Source: Utricularia gibba (Eukaryota > Plantae > Magnoliophyta). Taken from it: 64,000 nucleotides of DNA. The notes under the pieces are model-generated. The model worked only from the letters and a program-made list of their open reading frames with translations, was not told the DNA's origin and ran no database searches. Made by a program: the position numbers and the translations under genes. Shown here one piece after another: positions 36,330 to 49,196 of this stretch (position 1 is its first letter; each line of letters opens with the position of its first letter). The DNA is taken from positions 124,001-188,000 of the forward strand of contig CM007991.1 of the NCBI GenBank assembly GCA_002189035.1, in the 5' to 3' direction.

Positions 36330-37886
36330 GTTCTTCCACCGACAGCCGCCGTAATGCCCTGCTCAATCTGATGAGCGGTTTTTGTGGTTGTCAATGCCCT
36401 TCTTCTTTCACTTCATTTTTCAAAATAATATGAACGAATTTTAAGTCATGAACACGAATCAAACTTCTCGAATCTTAGCCGTTAGGGTGATTAATGGTTT
36501 ACATATGTTAATTTAGTTTAATAATAATATACAGCTGTGGTGATGACATCATATACAACAGACTCATACGCCCGCCCAAACGGAGGTTTCAATTTTCTTT
36601 CCATTTCTCTTGGATCTCGACGATAGGCTTTTCCTCTTCCGAACGGCGAGAATCGGACGGTCGGTCCCCTGCGATGCTGCATTCAGAATCTAGAATTAGC
36701 GGTTTCATGCTGCTGTGGAATAGTGAGGTCCGCGGCTCCGCAATGACCGAATTGGTCAAGGCGTGTATGGCGGAAATCCCGAGAAGAAGGAAATTAAATC
36801 CAATACCGAACTCCGAAGAACAGTAACTCACCCCGGAGGCGCAGATCTTACGAGTTCGACTTGATATCGCGCCGAATCCATTGTTCTTCTTCAACAGTAA
36901 ACGCGGAGAAGACGATCGGAGCGGAGAGGTTGCGAATCCGGTGGATCGCAGTGCATGTGAGTTTGGGTGTTCCTGGGCCCCAAGGCGCGCCTACCCCACC
37001 ACTTCAGGTTAGCCGTGAGCTGTGGCATAGCCCCTCCCTTTCTATCAATTTCTACATTATATAATTTATTATTATTTAATGATGGACATTGAAACAGGGT
37101 TTAAAAAAAAAACTAAAAAAAATTAATGTGGACTATAGTCCCGGATAAGGTTGAAGATCAGGGTTTTCATTCATCTTGATTCGTCCCACGTCTTCGTCAT
37201 GAAGAGGAACAAGCACATGAAATTCCGGTGTCAAATAGCGGAGAATGTCCAGATTCATTGCCGGTAAGTAAACTTCTTGCTACCCATCACTTAATTATCG
37301 TCGATTATTTTAATAAATTGGTCACTGAATGTCCACTCCACGTATTGGTCAAGATGGAGAATCCCAGGGGCGGAATTGGAAATTGAATAGTTCGCACTCA
37401 TATGTCCAATTATTTACAAAATAAAAAGGAATAATATGAAATAATCCTGTCAAATTGTCACCAAGGTGGACTTGAAAATGAACCGCGTTTCTGGAGTAGC
37501 ATTACAAGGGCAAGGAGACGTGTCTCTGGTGAGTCTGAATGGTGGGGTGAGCAATCCCATGTGAGTGATCTCCACGGCAAGATTCGGCGTGTCGCCTTTC
37601 GATGAAAGAAAGAAACGGGGTCTGAGGTAAGGATCAGTTACGCTGGCTGTATTCTGTATTCTGTATTCTGCTATCTGCACTTTTACATATCTATCTGAAC
37701 TTTTATTAGGCTATAAATAGTAATTAAATTTGTGGAAAATTTAATGGAAAAGCTGTTCAAAATGCTAATTAATGCAGAGGAAAATTTGGAAGACAAGCGT
37801 AATTAAATTAGGAAACAATGGGGCTGTCATCCAGAGAGACAAGGAGAAAGACTTGTCGGAATTTGTTTATTTCCTCATTTTCTTGG

Positions 37887-37910
37887 CTCTCTCTCTCTCT
37901 CTCTCTCTCT
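37887..37910. repeat. (CT)12 microsatellite in the 5' region of the DUF1005 gene
   Basis: Read directly. Confidence 0.93.
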
Positions 37911-38938
37911 GTTTTTTTCTGCCGTTTTTTTACTACTAACTCGTTGAACTCCCGCGAGCATGTTCATTCTCTACTCCAAGTCGCGCTACTTGTGATTTGT
38001 GAAAGTTTTTGTTTGTGTGGGTATTTTCCTTGGCTTCTTGTTTCGTCGTCCAAAGCTGGTATCTTTTTTTCGCTACTCGGCATTTAGATCTGAAGAGGAA
38101 TAAAGGTTTACAGAGAGAGATTCGCCCGTTTTGGGAGGGGAGGAATCGGGACTGCAAGTTATGGTACTTTCTTTGCAGCTTTCTGGAACTCAGTTTTTTG
38201 GGGGGATTCAATGATGCTTTGTGGGGCTCCTTTTAAGAAGAGCAGAGATTTTCTTTTCTTTTCTTTGCTCTCATTTCTTTTATTTTTTTGTTTTCACTGA
38301 CAAGATTGGCGGTTGATTTTGATTAGCCTCGCGTTGTGTAATGAGCCAGATCTCATGTGAGTTTTTTGGGAATTTGACTTTGCTGTTTTCCAGATTCTCG
38401 TAGCATCTTTTCCCATTTTTGTTTTTCTTGTCTTTATAAGTAATGAGGCTTGAGTATTGGATTTGGAAAAGATAAAGCGCAATAAAAGATTGATGTAAGA
38501 ATTTTTGATGCAGCAGAGAAGTTTGCTGTAACTTCTTGAGTGCAGTAGTAAATTGTTGCTGTAAGACTCGATGGAAGTTTCCCCGTTACCGTACATGGTC
38601 CAATTTCTTATTTGAAACCAAGGCACTTGTTTTCCTGTCTGATTCTAGCATATTTATACCTTGTTTTGCTTAAGGCTCAGGCATAATGATAAAGCATATG
38701 CTGACCCATCGTCCATTTTCATGCCTTCTTGCTTGAAAAAATACATCTTTTCTCTCCCATGATGGAACTTGAACACGAAACCCGACTGGCTTTATGTTCA
38801 GTTTTCTCGGCTGTGGTCTATTTAGAGTGAAAAAGCTTTTTGATTACTAAGGAATGCTATTGATGGGTTCTTTTGCAGATTTTATGAACCTTCGATCTGT
38901 AGTAAGCTGAAGGAAATGGGCAAGTAACCTTGAAAGGA

Positions 38939-40300
38939 ATGGACCCTCAGAATTTCATCAGGCTTTCTATTGGTTCGCTTGGAATTCGAGTTCCTGAGAC
39001 AGTTCTTCCTGCCGGAAACTCGCGCGTCCCTGCATTATCATCTCCATGTATTTGTGAGATTCGGCTTCGCGGCTTCCCCGTACAAACGACGCCGGTCCCC
39101 TATATACCCCCTGAAGCAAATCCTAGTGGTCACGCAGTTGTCTCCAGCTTCTATCTTGAAGAATCAGATTTGAGAGCAATGCTGGCCCCTGGTTGCTTTT
39201 ATGCTTCACATGCCTGTCTCGAGATAGGCGTGTTTACCCGAAAGAAGGACTCGAATTGTGGTGTTATCATAAAAAAGCCTATCGGGGTGCTTAGATTGGA
39301 TGTATCAGCTGAATGGGGAGAAGGGAAGCCTGCAGTTCTATTCAATGGATGGATTGGAATCGGTAAAAACAAGCAGGATGCCAGCAAGCCTGGAGCAGAG
39401 CTTCATCTTAAAGTGAAGCTGAATCCAGATCCCAGATACGTATTTCAGTTTGAGGATGAGACGAAATTGAGTCCACAGATTGTTCAGCTCCAGGGCTCTG
39501 TGAAGCAGCCTATTTTCAGCTGCAAGTTCAGCCGAGACAGGTGACCTACAAATGCTGCTTGTTTGCTAAGCTTTTCACGTTCCTTGATTCTTGATCAGTA
39601 CAACAGCTATAACTACAGGGTGACTCCCATGGATCTACTGAACGCATCCTGGTCGAATACCGAAGATGGATTAACCAACGAGAAGGAAAGAAGAGAAAGA
39701 AAGGGATGGAAGGTTAAGATACATGATCTCTCTGGTTCAGCGGTTGCAGCAGCCTTCATAACGACCCCATTCGTCCCATCAACCGGTTGCGATTGGGTGG
39801 CTAAATCCAACCCAGGAGCCTGGTTGATCGTCCGTCCTGATGCCTGCATGCCGGAGAGCTGGCAGCCGTGGGGTAAACTCGAGGCATGGCGTGAACGAGG
39901 TAGCCGGGACTCGATTTGCTTCCGCTTCCATGTTCTCTCAGATGTTCATGATGCAGGGGAGCTTCTCATGTCTGAAGTAACTCTCAATGCTGAAAAGGGC
40001 GGCGAGTTTTTCATCGACACCGATCGACATTTCCAACCCGGAAATGCAACCCCGCTGCCAAGCCCACAAAGCAGCGGAGACTTCGCCGCCCTCAATCCTT
40101 CCCATTGTGGATTTGTTATGAGATGCAGGGTACTCGGAGAGGGGAAACCAAGCAAGCCACTGGTACAGCTGGCCCTCCGTCACGTGACCTGCGTCGAGGA
40201 TGCAGCCATATTCATGGCTCTGGCTGCTGCAGTCGACCTCAGTATAGAAGCCTGTAAGCCTTTCCGGCGGAAGCTCCGGCGGCCCGGCCGCCATTCATGA
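38939..40300 (+). CDS. DUF1005 family protein, 2 coding exons
   Basis: MDPQNFIRLSIGSLG, CEIRLRGFPVQT, DPRYVFQF, ERKGWKVKIHDLSGSAVAAAFITTPFVPS, and VEDAAIFMALAAAVDLSIEACKPF. Confidence 0.93.
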
Positions 40301-40390
40301 TGAGGCTTGTCGGCGTGTATAGGATGACATCCATTCCGATGTGAGTTTGCTAATGTTTTTTATTCACCAACTTATTTGCTTCGTTTACAT

Positions 40391-42213
40391 CTACCGACAG
40401 TACTCTTGGTAGATCCTTTCGAGCTCCTGCTGGTGCTTCTTTATATCAGCCCGTGCTCTCTCCCTCTCATCCTCGTCTTTCGATTCCAGTTTCTTGAGTT
40501 TTCGCGATATCTTCCCGTCGATGGATTTTATCTAGATTCACATTAGAAACCGGAAATCCGATCAGAGGTGATTCACTGTGAAAGAAGTGGTTGAGGAGAT
40601 GGATACCTTTCTGTGAGGCCATCGTCCAACTCCGCTTTTACGGCATATCTTCTTTATCACCGTCGGACAGAGGTTCATTTTCCGAGCAGCTTCCTCCATC
40701 GGGAGATCGAAGTAATCCCTCAAGTCCTTCATCTTCAAGCTCCTCGTTCTTTCACGCTGCTCACACAAGTAGAAGGACCTTCACTACAGCGTGCTCTCGT
40801 GTGGAGTTAAACAAAACACCCTGGTTGTGTGTTTCCATGCATACCTGTTTGGAAAGAGAGATCTTCTTCTTACACTCTGCGCTGCTTTCACCATCCAGTG
40901 GCTTGAGTTCCTCCTTTCGCCTTTTGAGAGAATCATCTTCACGAAGGAATCATGTCAAAAAAGGGCAGCAAAGAAGCAAAAAAACAGCATGATAGATGGA
41001 CTGAATTGAATCTTGATCATAGGGACTGGATCACTACAACATAGAACCACTGCAGTTGGATCCCAGCTTGTCTCCAGCCCGACCCGTCCACTTCGAATGC
41101 CGGACTCGTCGAAAAACATTGCTTCTAATATGTATCAGTATAACACCCATATCCTACTTACAATGTCTTAACAGCTATTGTATGAAAAAGGGTGTGGCAT
41201 TGGATTGAAGAAGCCACTGATGAGATCAAACCCCTTAAGTTCCTAAACTATTGAGGAGAAGCATGTGATTAAACCCTTGAACGTAAATCCTAATGCAGAC
41301 CCTATTAACATTTTGTCATGAAGTGCAATGTAGAATCCTAAAAACCTAATTTCACAATCAGGGATGTTTTGCATGCATGAACCTGTATTGTCCGGGGACG
41401 AAGGATTGAAATCATCCGAGACCCTGGATACGGACAATCCAACGGAAAGTGCATCATAGAAGGGGAGGAGGGGATCTTCGAGTGGGAAATATCCATCTTC
41501 CTCGCAAGTCTTGAAGTATTGGAGCAAGAACTTCTTCACCTTCTTGGGTCCTTCCATGCTAAAACTGCGATGAAAGAACAGTAAGTTGTGTATTTAGATG
41601 TCCTTCTTGGAGGTCTCTCGACCCTTTTTCAACTCACTCTATGAATTGATTATGCTGAGTCGGAAGAGATGAATCGAGATCGTGTTTTGATAGAACAGCA
41701 TGTGTGATTGTCCCTAATCTTCCATGAATCTCGAGACGCTGAATCTCTAAACCTGTAAGAAAAGAGAAACGAACCCTTTTCTTACCAATTCCAACCAATC
41801 AGATTAAACTATAATGAGTAAGTACCATTGAAGTGCGTGATCTCTCTTAAAGTTTGGCAACAAATGCAGGAGACTTGCGATTCCGGAACGACGAATCCGA
41901 AATTGGGCAATGTATCAGCCGGATTTTGGCAACTGCTGCTTTCTCCAAAAGGAAATGATGGCACTGCTGCAGTCGGTAGATCAATGACTTCATCTGTGTC
42001 ATTGAAGAAGGTGGTTACGAAACTGGAATCATGAGACAATCCTTTAGCATCGGCGTTTCGGTGAATTGTAGCATCCAGTGACGCTTGGTTCTGGTTCAGG
42101 GGAAGTTCACACAGGCCGAGAGTTGGATTCTCATCCACAAACATGGAAGAAAAAGAAATGTCTTGGGGCGGCGGAAGAAGTTCCTGGAAGTATTTGGCGT
42201 ATTCGGCATCCAT
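40391..42213 (-). CDS. RWP-RK transcription factor (RKD5-like)
   Basis: CICCQTLREITHFNG, LEIHGRLGTITHAVL, and RWP-RK domain YFDLPMEEAARKMNLCPTVIKKICRKSGVGRWPHRK|IKSI. Some central splice sites are uncertain. Confidence 0.88.
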
Positions 42214-42459
42214 TCAGCGACGCTTGGCGCCGACCAAGCGCCGCGGCGGAGACTGGGGCTCAGGGGATGATCGCTTCAAGATTGCTTTTTGCGGCAAAAA
42301 TGACAACACAATACAATCTCGCGGGTGAAAAGGTGGCCGGTTTTTCTGACCGTTGGAAAAGCAGTTATTGTTAATATTTTATTATTTTTGAGATAGTAAT
42401 ATTTTAATCTAACTGTTATTTCCAACGGTTGAATGCTGAGCCAATCTGATCAACCCTTC

Positions 42460-44306
42460 TTATTTTGGATCGATGTTCTTCTTCTTCTTCTTCTTTATCT
42501 GGCAATCGGAATTGTGGGCCGCCGTCGAAACGCATCCGAATTTCCTCTTCATCTCCTTCCAGAGACTCGGTTTTCGTCTACAGGTGCTTCCTTTCTCAAT
42601 CTCCTTCCTCATTACAGAACATTCTTGCTCCAGCTCCAGCACTTTGCTGCCCATCATCTGTATCTCCGTCCTCACTTGTTCATCAATGTGCTCCTCTTCC
42701 TCTGGGAATTTGATGAATTCTCCCTCAACGGTCTTCCTCAGATTCAACTGGATGACAAACAAGGCTTGAACCATTACCCGAACCGGCATCCTCTCGTTCT
42801 GAGCAAGGTGTTGTAATGCCTCAGCAGACATCTTGCCACAGTCGAGAACGCTGCAGAGTTCTTCTCGTTCGGATTCAGTTAAATGTGGATGCTTGTTTAG
42901 GTAGATGTCAACTGCCCTGTAAATCCCATCATAGGTTCTAAGGGTTCCCACTGATGCTGCAGTTGACATGTTGGCCAGTTCTATGAATGTTGTGATCTTC
43001 AACCCGATATCCGATGATATCTCCGCTATGAATTTGTCGAGAAGCTCCGCTACAAAGTTTATCTTCCCAAAATCCTTGCAGTTGTAGTTGAAGTAGAAAT
43101 GCTTCAAGATCCTCTTTACACTGTCAGTGTCATACTGTTCATCCTTTGCATATCCATGACAGGGAATTAAGAGATCTTCTGGAGATGCTTCGTCTAATTG
43201 CTTCCCGATCCGAATCTCCAAACTGTTCTTACATTCGTTGCTGCATTCGAGAACAATGGCATGGTGCAGCAGCTTGAATAGAACTTGACAGGGAGTCATG
43301 CCTCTGTCTTCAGGAAGCATTCTAACCAAACCTTCAACCATATTCCTTAGTGAAGTCCTTCCATAAATTGAGGCATCTTCTCCAATTTTGGGTGCATTGA
43401 AGATACAAGTTCTTGCATATTCACATAGACTTGCAGCAATGTACTCACGTGGGACCTGACTCTGAATCATGGCTTCCATTATAGTTTCATATAGCTCAAA
43501 CGGAAGCAGAGCCAAACCTTCTGGTTTCCAGTCGATATCGAATAGCTTCCTTCTAGCATTCGGCTTGTAAGTTGTGGACTCATTTTCACTACCTCCACTG
43601 TTGCTGTTAAGAAATTTCAATGGCTCTCCGAGCAGGCGAGGGTCATCAAGAACCTCTGCGATGATAGTTTCGATACAGCACTTAACTAGTCCAAGCTTGA
43701 TTGCATGTTGGAGAACACTGGCTGAATGTTTGAGAGCTTTTATGCAGTTGCTCCAACTTGGAATGATTTGTTTCTCAAAGAACAACAGAGCTTTGGTTAG
43801 AAGATTTTCCGAGCAATGGCTCTCCGTCATTCCTAGGAAATGCGATATACAAGTGACACGGATGATGTTCTCCGGTGAGAGATGGACCTCGAAACCATAA
43901 CAGAATCCTGCAACAAGCTCCATGGATTCATGATCAGCAGGGATATCATGAAGCAAATGGGATAGCTCTCCGTGAGGATTCATCGCAAGCATCGCAGCAA
44001 TCTTCGAGGACTTGGCTGCCAGAAGCTCCTAGAAAGACATTAGAGTTAACAGATTTGATCAAGATTGATTGCAAGTGAACAGAAATGTGAGGTTATTTCT
44101 CTCTTAACCTTGTCAAGACTGAGACACGATCCATGGAGGTTAAGCTTGATCTCTGATAATGGCTTTAGACCTCTGTTTCCTGTATAACAATAGACAGGGT
44201 TCACGGCATTCGAGTTGGTGTCAACCTTTCTGATACAGCCTTCATTAAAGAGATTTAAAAAAAAAAAAAGCTAACCGGAGCATTCAATCCCTTTTCTTGA
44301 CGTCAT
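42460..44306 (-). CDS. BTB/POZ-NPH3 domain protein
   Basis: A 510-aa exon with MELVAGFCYG, LRNMVEGLVRMLP, LEIRIGKQLDEASPEDLLIP, YDGIYRAVDIYLNKHP and HLAQNERMPVR. The two short 5' exons are inferred. Confidence 0.9.
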
Positions 44307-45119
44307 TTCATGGCAGCCTCTTCTCAGCTTCAGACCTCTAAAACCACCACAAAAAACCATGTTATAAAACTGATGCAACAGCCAGACCCAGAAGGAGGCG
44401 GCTTCGACTTCTTACAAACATAATGGAAATCAGTATCATCTCAACCAAAAAACACAACGGTGATCGAAGTGTCAAGTTGCGCACAACACACGACAAAAAT
44501 TGTGGACAAGATGAATGCAAATTCGCAATGAAATCACGAATCTGCGGGAGCCCGGATCACATAAGGATCATGATCATTCATACGTACAAAAATTCAATCA
44601 ATCCCAACAACATGATGCAGAAAACTGAGAAATGAAACATCGCATCATACTTCCCAGAGAAGAGAAACACCGCCTTCAGGTGAATTTGCGGTTACCGTTA
44701 TCGGAAAATGGGATTCAAAAAGTTTGAAATACTGCGTTTGAATTGGTGAAGCAGGACAGCTACGCCCTGTTCGTTGGGGGAGTGATTATCAGTTAGAGTT
44801 TCTAGCGATTGGAAAACGCAACTTATTTATCTTAAAAAATAACTTCTTTTTTTCATGTTTTAAACGTGTTTCAATTAACGTTTCAGAGACAGTTGACAGA
44901 AAAAACTCCGTGGAAAAAACCAGAGACGAAAAGACAGGGAGGTATTGAGAGTAAATAGTCATTAACCTTGAAACATTTTTGCAGTAAAGAAAGAAAGACA
45001 AGGAACAAAAATGCATCAGGTAACGAGAATATAGCAAACCCAGTTTAGTTTGAACACCTGCCCGGATGATGGAAAGCATCTTTGATACAACGGGGCAGGA
45101 GTTGCCATCGGAAAAGGTC

Positions 45120-47109
45120 TTATTTTCCACCACCCAGGATGGGAAATTGACCAGGATCCTCGATGGCCAGTTCCTTGTTATTGCTCAAGCCACTGCCTCC
45201 AGTGTATCCACCACGGGCGCCACGTCCACGGCCTCTCCCGCGTCCACCGGGGGAGTAATACCTCTCGCCCTCAGCAGGTTTTAGGAACTCGTTGATGCTG
45301 ACAGACTGGAACAGAATCCAGAGAGAGAGAGCAGTTCAGGGTGGGATAGTTTGGTGGTTCTGGTAATGAGTTACTGAATGCTACACTACCTTTTTGGCTC
45401 TCTCCTCTTTCTCTGCAAGTTCCTTCTTCTTATCCTTGTCAGACCCCTGAAAGCATTGGGTTCAGACAATGTAAAGTGCGACAGTACAAAGTGATGAATG
45501 AAATGTGACTCACCAGTTTGATAAACACATCATCGCTACCCTTCTTGTTTGAAAGCTGTTGCATTGATTCAAACTCCTTCGTGTCAACTTTCCTTTCCTC
45601 GGTTTTCAAGGCAATCAGTGCTTTCCGCTTCTCCTCAAGAAGCTTCTCATACTCTTCAAGAGTCATCTCCTGGATTAGAAAAGACAACTTGCTTAAACAT
45701 AGCCGGCTTTGGTAGCAAAAAAAAATAAAAATAAAACGGGGATAGGGATGTATTCACCTTGTCCTCGGGTTCCTTCTCTTCAACTTCCTTTGTAGACACC
45801 TCTTTGTCGCCATCTGCAGCAGGTTCATTTTCAGTCTCACGCTTCTCTTCACTCACAGGTTTCTCCTCTTCCTTAGCTGCTACATCCTCAGTCCCTCTAC
45901 CAAGATATGAACTTAACCAGTTTAGATATGCTGCAATGTTGCGGATTCTAAAAACAGTATGAAATACTCACTGAGCCAAATCATCGGCCTGAGTACCCCA
46001 GTTACCTCTCCCAGCTCCACCTCGCTTGATCTCATTCCTATGAAATATAACGAGTTTAACGAGAACCACAACTCTGGAATTCAATAATTTCATATAATAC
46101 ACAAGTAACCCACATCACTTGGTAATGATAAATATCAATAAGCTTACACTTAAATACGAATTTCCAAAGCAGATATCTTGAATATCTGTAACATGAAAAA
46201 ACCACACATACCCTCTTCCAGTTCCACTTCGGCGGTCAAACGTCCTACGAGGACGCTCCCTATCTCCATCTCCAATATCCCCATTGCCGAAACCTTCTCT
46301 GCGACCACCACGAGGTGGACCACGGGGGCTACCAGCATATCCACCACGCTTTTCGGAAATCTTCCCAGCTTCAGCACCATCAGTAGTGCCCTGTCGGGTG
46401 GGAATATCAATACCAAAGGAATTCTCATTGGTTTGTGAATCTCTGTAGGGCCCAGTTGCAACTCCACGCCCACGCCCATATCCACGACCACCACCTCGAC
46501 CTCCTCGGGTAGGTTCAGATCTAGCTTCTCTAACTGTTCTTATGCAGCACAATGTCAATAAATAACAAAAAACACTCCAGAAGAACATTAGCAACATAAT
46601 TCACTAGTTCATATTCATCATGACGGAATCATTCACCGGTAAACAATCCATGTACCCCAACTGCAGCATTCGAATGCCTCAGCATAAACCACTTCTTTAA
46701 AAAATAATGACATGAACATAATATGAGAACTAAATACTTAGTACGCCACAAACACATGAAATAAAATGTTAAGCGCCAACCCAAAGCTCAGCTTTGAATT
46801 TTAGAACAGGTCAACCCCATCCCAATATAAGAGCAATTACACATCTCCCACTAATCATATTCCAATATTCATATCTAGATAAAAAATGAAATTACCAGCC
46901 TGTGCAGGAGGGAGGGGCTTTGAGGGAAGCTTAGCCTGCGCTGCAGTAGCGGACCCAGCAGCAGCTTCCTTATTCTGAGTCGGCAGTTTCTTAGTCGCCA
47001 AGGCCGGACTTTTCTTGGGCTCGACCTTTTGCTGACTAGCAGTAATCAACAGCGACGGATCCTCCGTATCATTATCACCCAACAAATCAAATGGGTTCAA
47101 CGTTGCCAT
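45120..47109 (-). CDS. RGGA: RGG-repeat RNA-binding protein (HABP4/SERBP1/Stm1 family)
   Basis: MATLNPFDLLGD, RRTFDRRSGTGRG, GAGRGNWG, EMTLEEYEK, SVSINEFLKP and IEDPGQFPILGG. Confidence 0.93.
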
Positions 47110-47278
47110 TTCCTCTCCGGAGGCACCAGTATAAGAAAAAACCCAACTTTAGGATGATCACACACACGACTCTCTCAGTTGAACCCCGTTATCGTCATCA
47201 GCGCAAAAGGGGTCGCCCAGATCTAGAGATGCTAAAACGCGAAGTTACAGAGGTGACAATAAAACGAAGGGTTTCACC

Positions 47279-47425
47279 AAACCCTAGCCGCAATCACACC
47301 ACAGTAGAAAGGGAGGGTGTAATGCTTATCCACTGCAATCAAGAGGCACGAATATATACCTCATATCATCGGGCCGCAAGCCCACTAAACTTATCGGGTT
47401 CAAATCGGGCTCTGTGTTGGGCCCA
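47279..47425. promoter_or_regulatory. Telo-box plus site II (TGGGCY) promoter module of the RGGA gene
   Basis: AAACCCTAG at 47279-47287, AGCCCA at 47379-47384 and TGGGCCCA at 47418-47425. This pairing is typical of plant translation-related genes. Confidence 0.6.
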
Positions 47426-47764
47426 ACCCTTGAGCTCAAAAATAACTTGTCAGAAGCATGATCGTCAACCGGCCCGTATTTCAGAGAAAGTCCCCGTGAT
47501 CCAATGGCATTGCCGCCGGGAGGCAGTTCCCGCGGTGCATGGCGATGATTGTAAGGTCATCGGTGATCCAAGTATGAAGGAATCCGTTACCGAAAACCGA
47601 AATTTTTGAAAAAATGGCTCGCTTTCATTCGATTCCAGGTGTGCGGGAAACAAATCGTACGAAACTACTCAATCCGAGCAGCAACAAAGATCATCCAAGA
47701 AAGAATTTAAACAACAGAGCTCAAGAATCTGAATAGTGAAGGTACTTCCTCAGTGTGAGTGCAG

Positions 47765-49196
47765 CTAGCTCTTCGAAAGCTCTTGGCTGCGTTTCGTAGC
47801 AGCAACGACCGCATTCATCAAAGACGCACGGAAGCCTGCCTTTTCAAGCTCATGGATACCGGCAATCGTCGTCCCGCCAGGCGATGTAACGTCGTCTTTC
47901 AACTGCCCAGGATGCTTGCCGGTGTTTGAAACCATAGATGCTGCTCCTAGCACCTGTGGCAGTTGTCTCCTATCAGGTTATTATATTGAAGTGCGAAGCG
48001 TACACACATCACACGCTTACAGTTTGAGAAGCTAATGCTGAAGCAAGTTCCCGGGGCAGACCAGCAGCCACGCCCCCATCGGCTAATGCCTCTATCGCTA
48101 TATAGATGTATGCTGGTCCACTGCCACTGAAAAACCAAATGAACAAATTCTTCGTAAGTTCTGTCATCTTCATCGTTTGTCAATAGCTTCTCACGGCTTA
48201 TGTTTGAGTATTGAGATGTCTACAGCATGAACAAGCATGTAACCTGAGGCCGGTGACAGCATCGAAAAGCTTTTCTTCAGCTTTCCACACTTTTCCAATT
48301 GCTCCGAACAATCTGGATATCCGCTCTTCATCATCCTTGGTCGCTGCAGATCCCAGGCTCATAACTGTGCAGGTATGGTTTGTATAAAAAAATGTCAGCT
48401 CACTATTTTTTCAGCAAGGGTATGTTTCTTCAGCGGTCACACACCTGATGCGCCAACTCCAACAGCAGCTGGAGTGTTTGGGATTACTCTTATAAAGCGG
48501 CTGTGCCCAGCCCATTCCTGGTACCAACGGGATCAACTATTGAATCAAACAATTGTCAAAGAGTTGCAAGCCTGACAGATGATTCTAAGGAAAAAGGAAG
48601 GACCTGCAAATCTTTAAGCTTGACCCCGGCAGCAACAGACACCAAGAGCTTTTTCTCGGACAAGAGTGGCCTCAATTGCAGGACAACATCTTTCACTGTA
48701 TGGGCATTACACGTGGAAAGAGAGGAACGGAGAGAGATTCAATGGATAGTGTTGGAAACGCTTGCAGGATCCACATTTCTGATGAAATCGACAAGAAACA
48801 TGTCATACCAACTTGAGGTTTCACCGAGAATACAACCACATCACTCTCTTCGACTACCTGCATTCCAGACAAGAGGATTATTGTATGAAACTGTCCAACG
48901 GAATATTAAAGAATTGGGAGCATGAAATGAATCAAGAAGCAAATTTTAAAAACTCATTCCAGATCATCTCAAAATATAGAACAAAGTCAGTATCAGAAGA
49001 GTGCCTTCTTATTATCTTCAACGACTTTTACACCAAAAGATGCAAATGCAGTACGCCGATCAACCGAACGATGGGCAGTTCGAATCTGGGACGCAGGGAG
49101 AACTCCTGATTTGTCTATACCTCTGGCAATGCTTTCAGCCATTTTTCCAGCCCCGATAAATCCTAGAGTGTACATATCTGGTAGTGCTGCAGCCAT
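47765..49196 (-). CDS. P5CR: Pyrroline-5-carboxylate reductase
   Basis: Rossmann motif [29 protein letters not shown] and [11 protein letters not shown]. Seven exons, with a GC-AG first intron. Confidence 0.96.
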
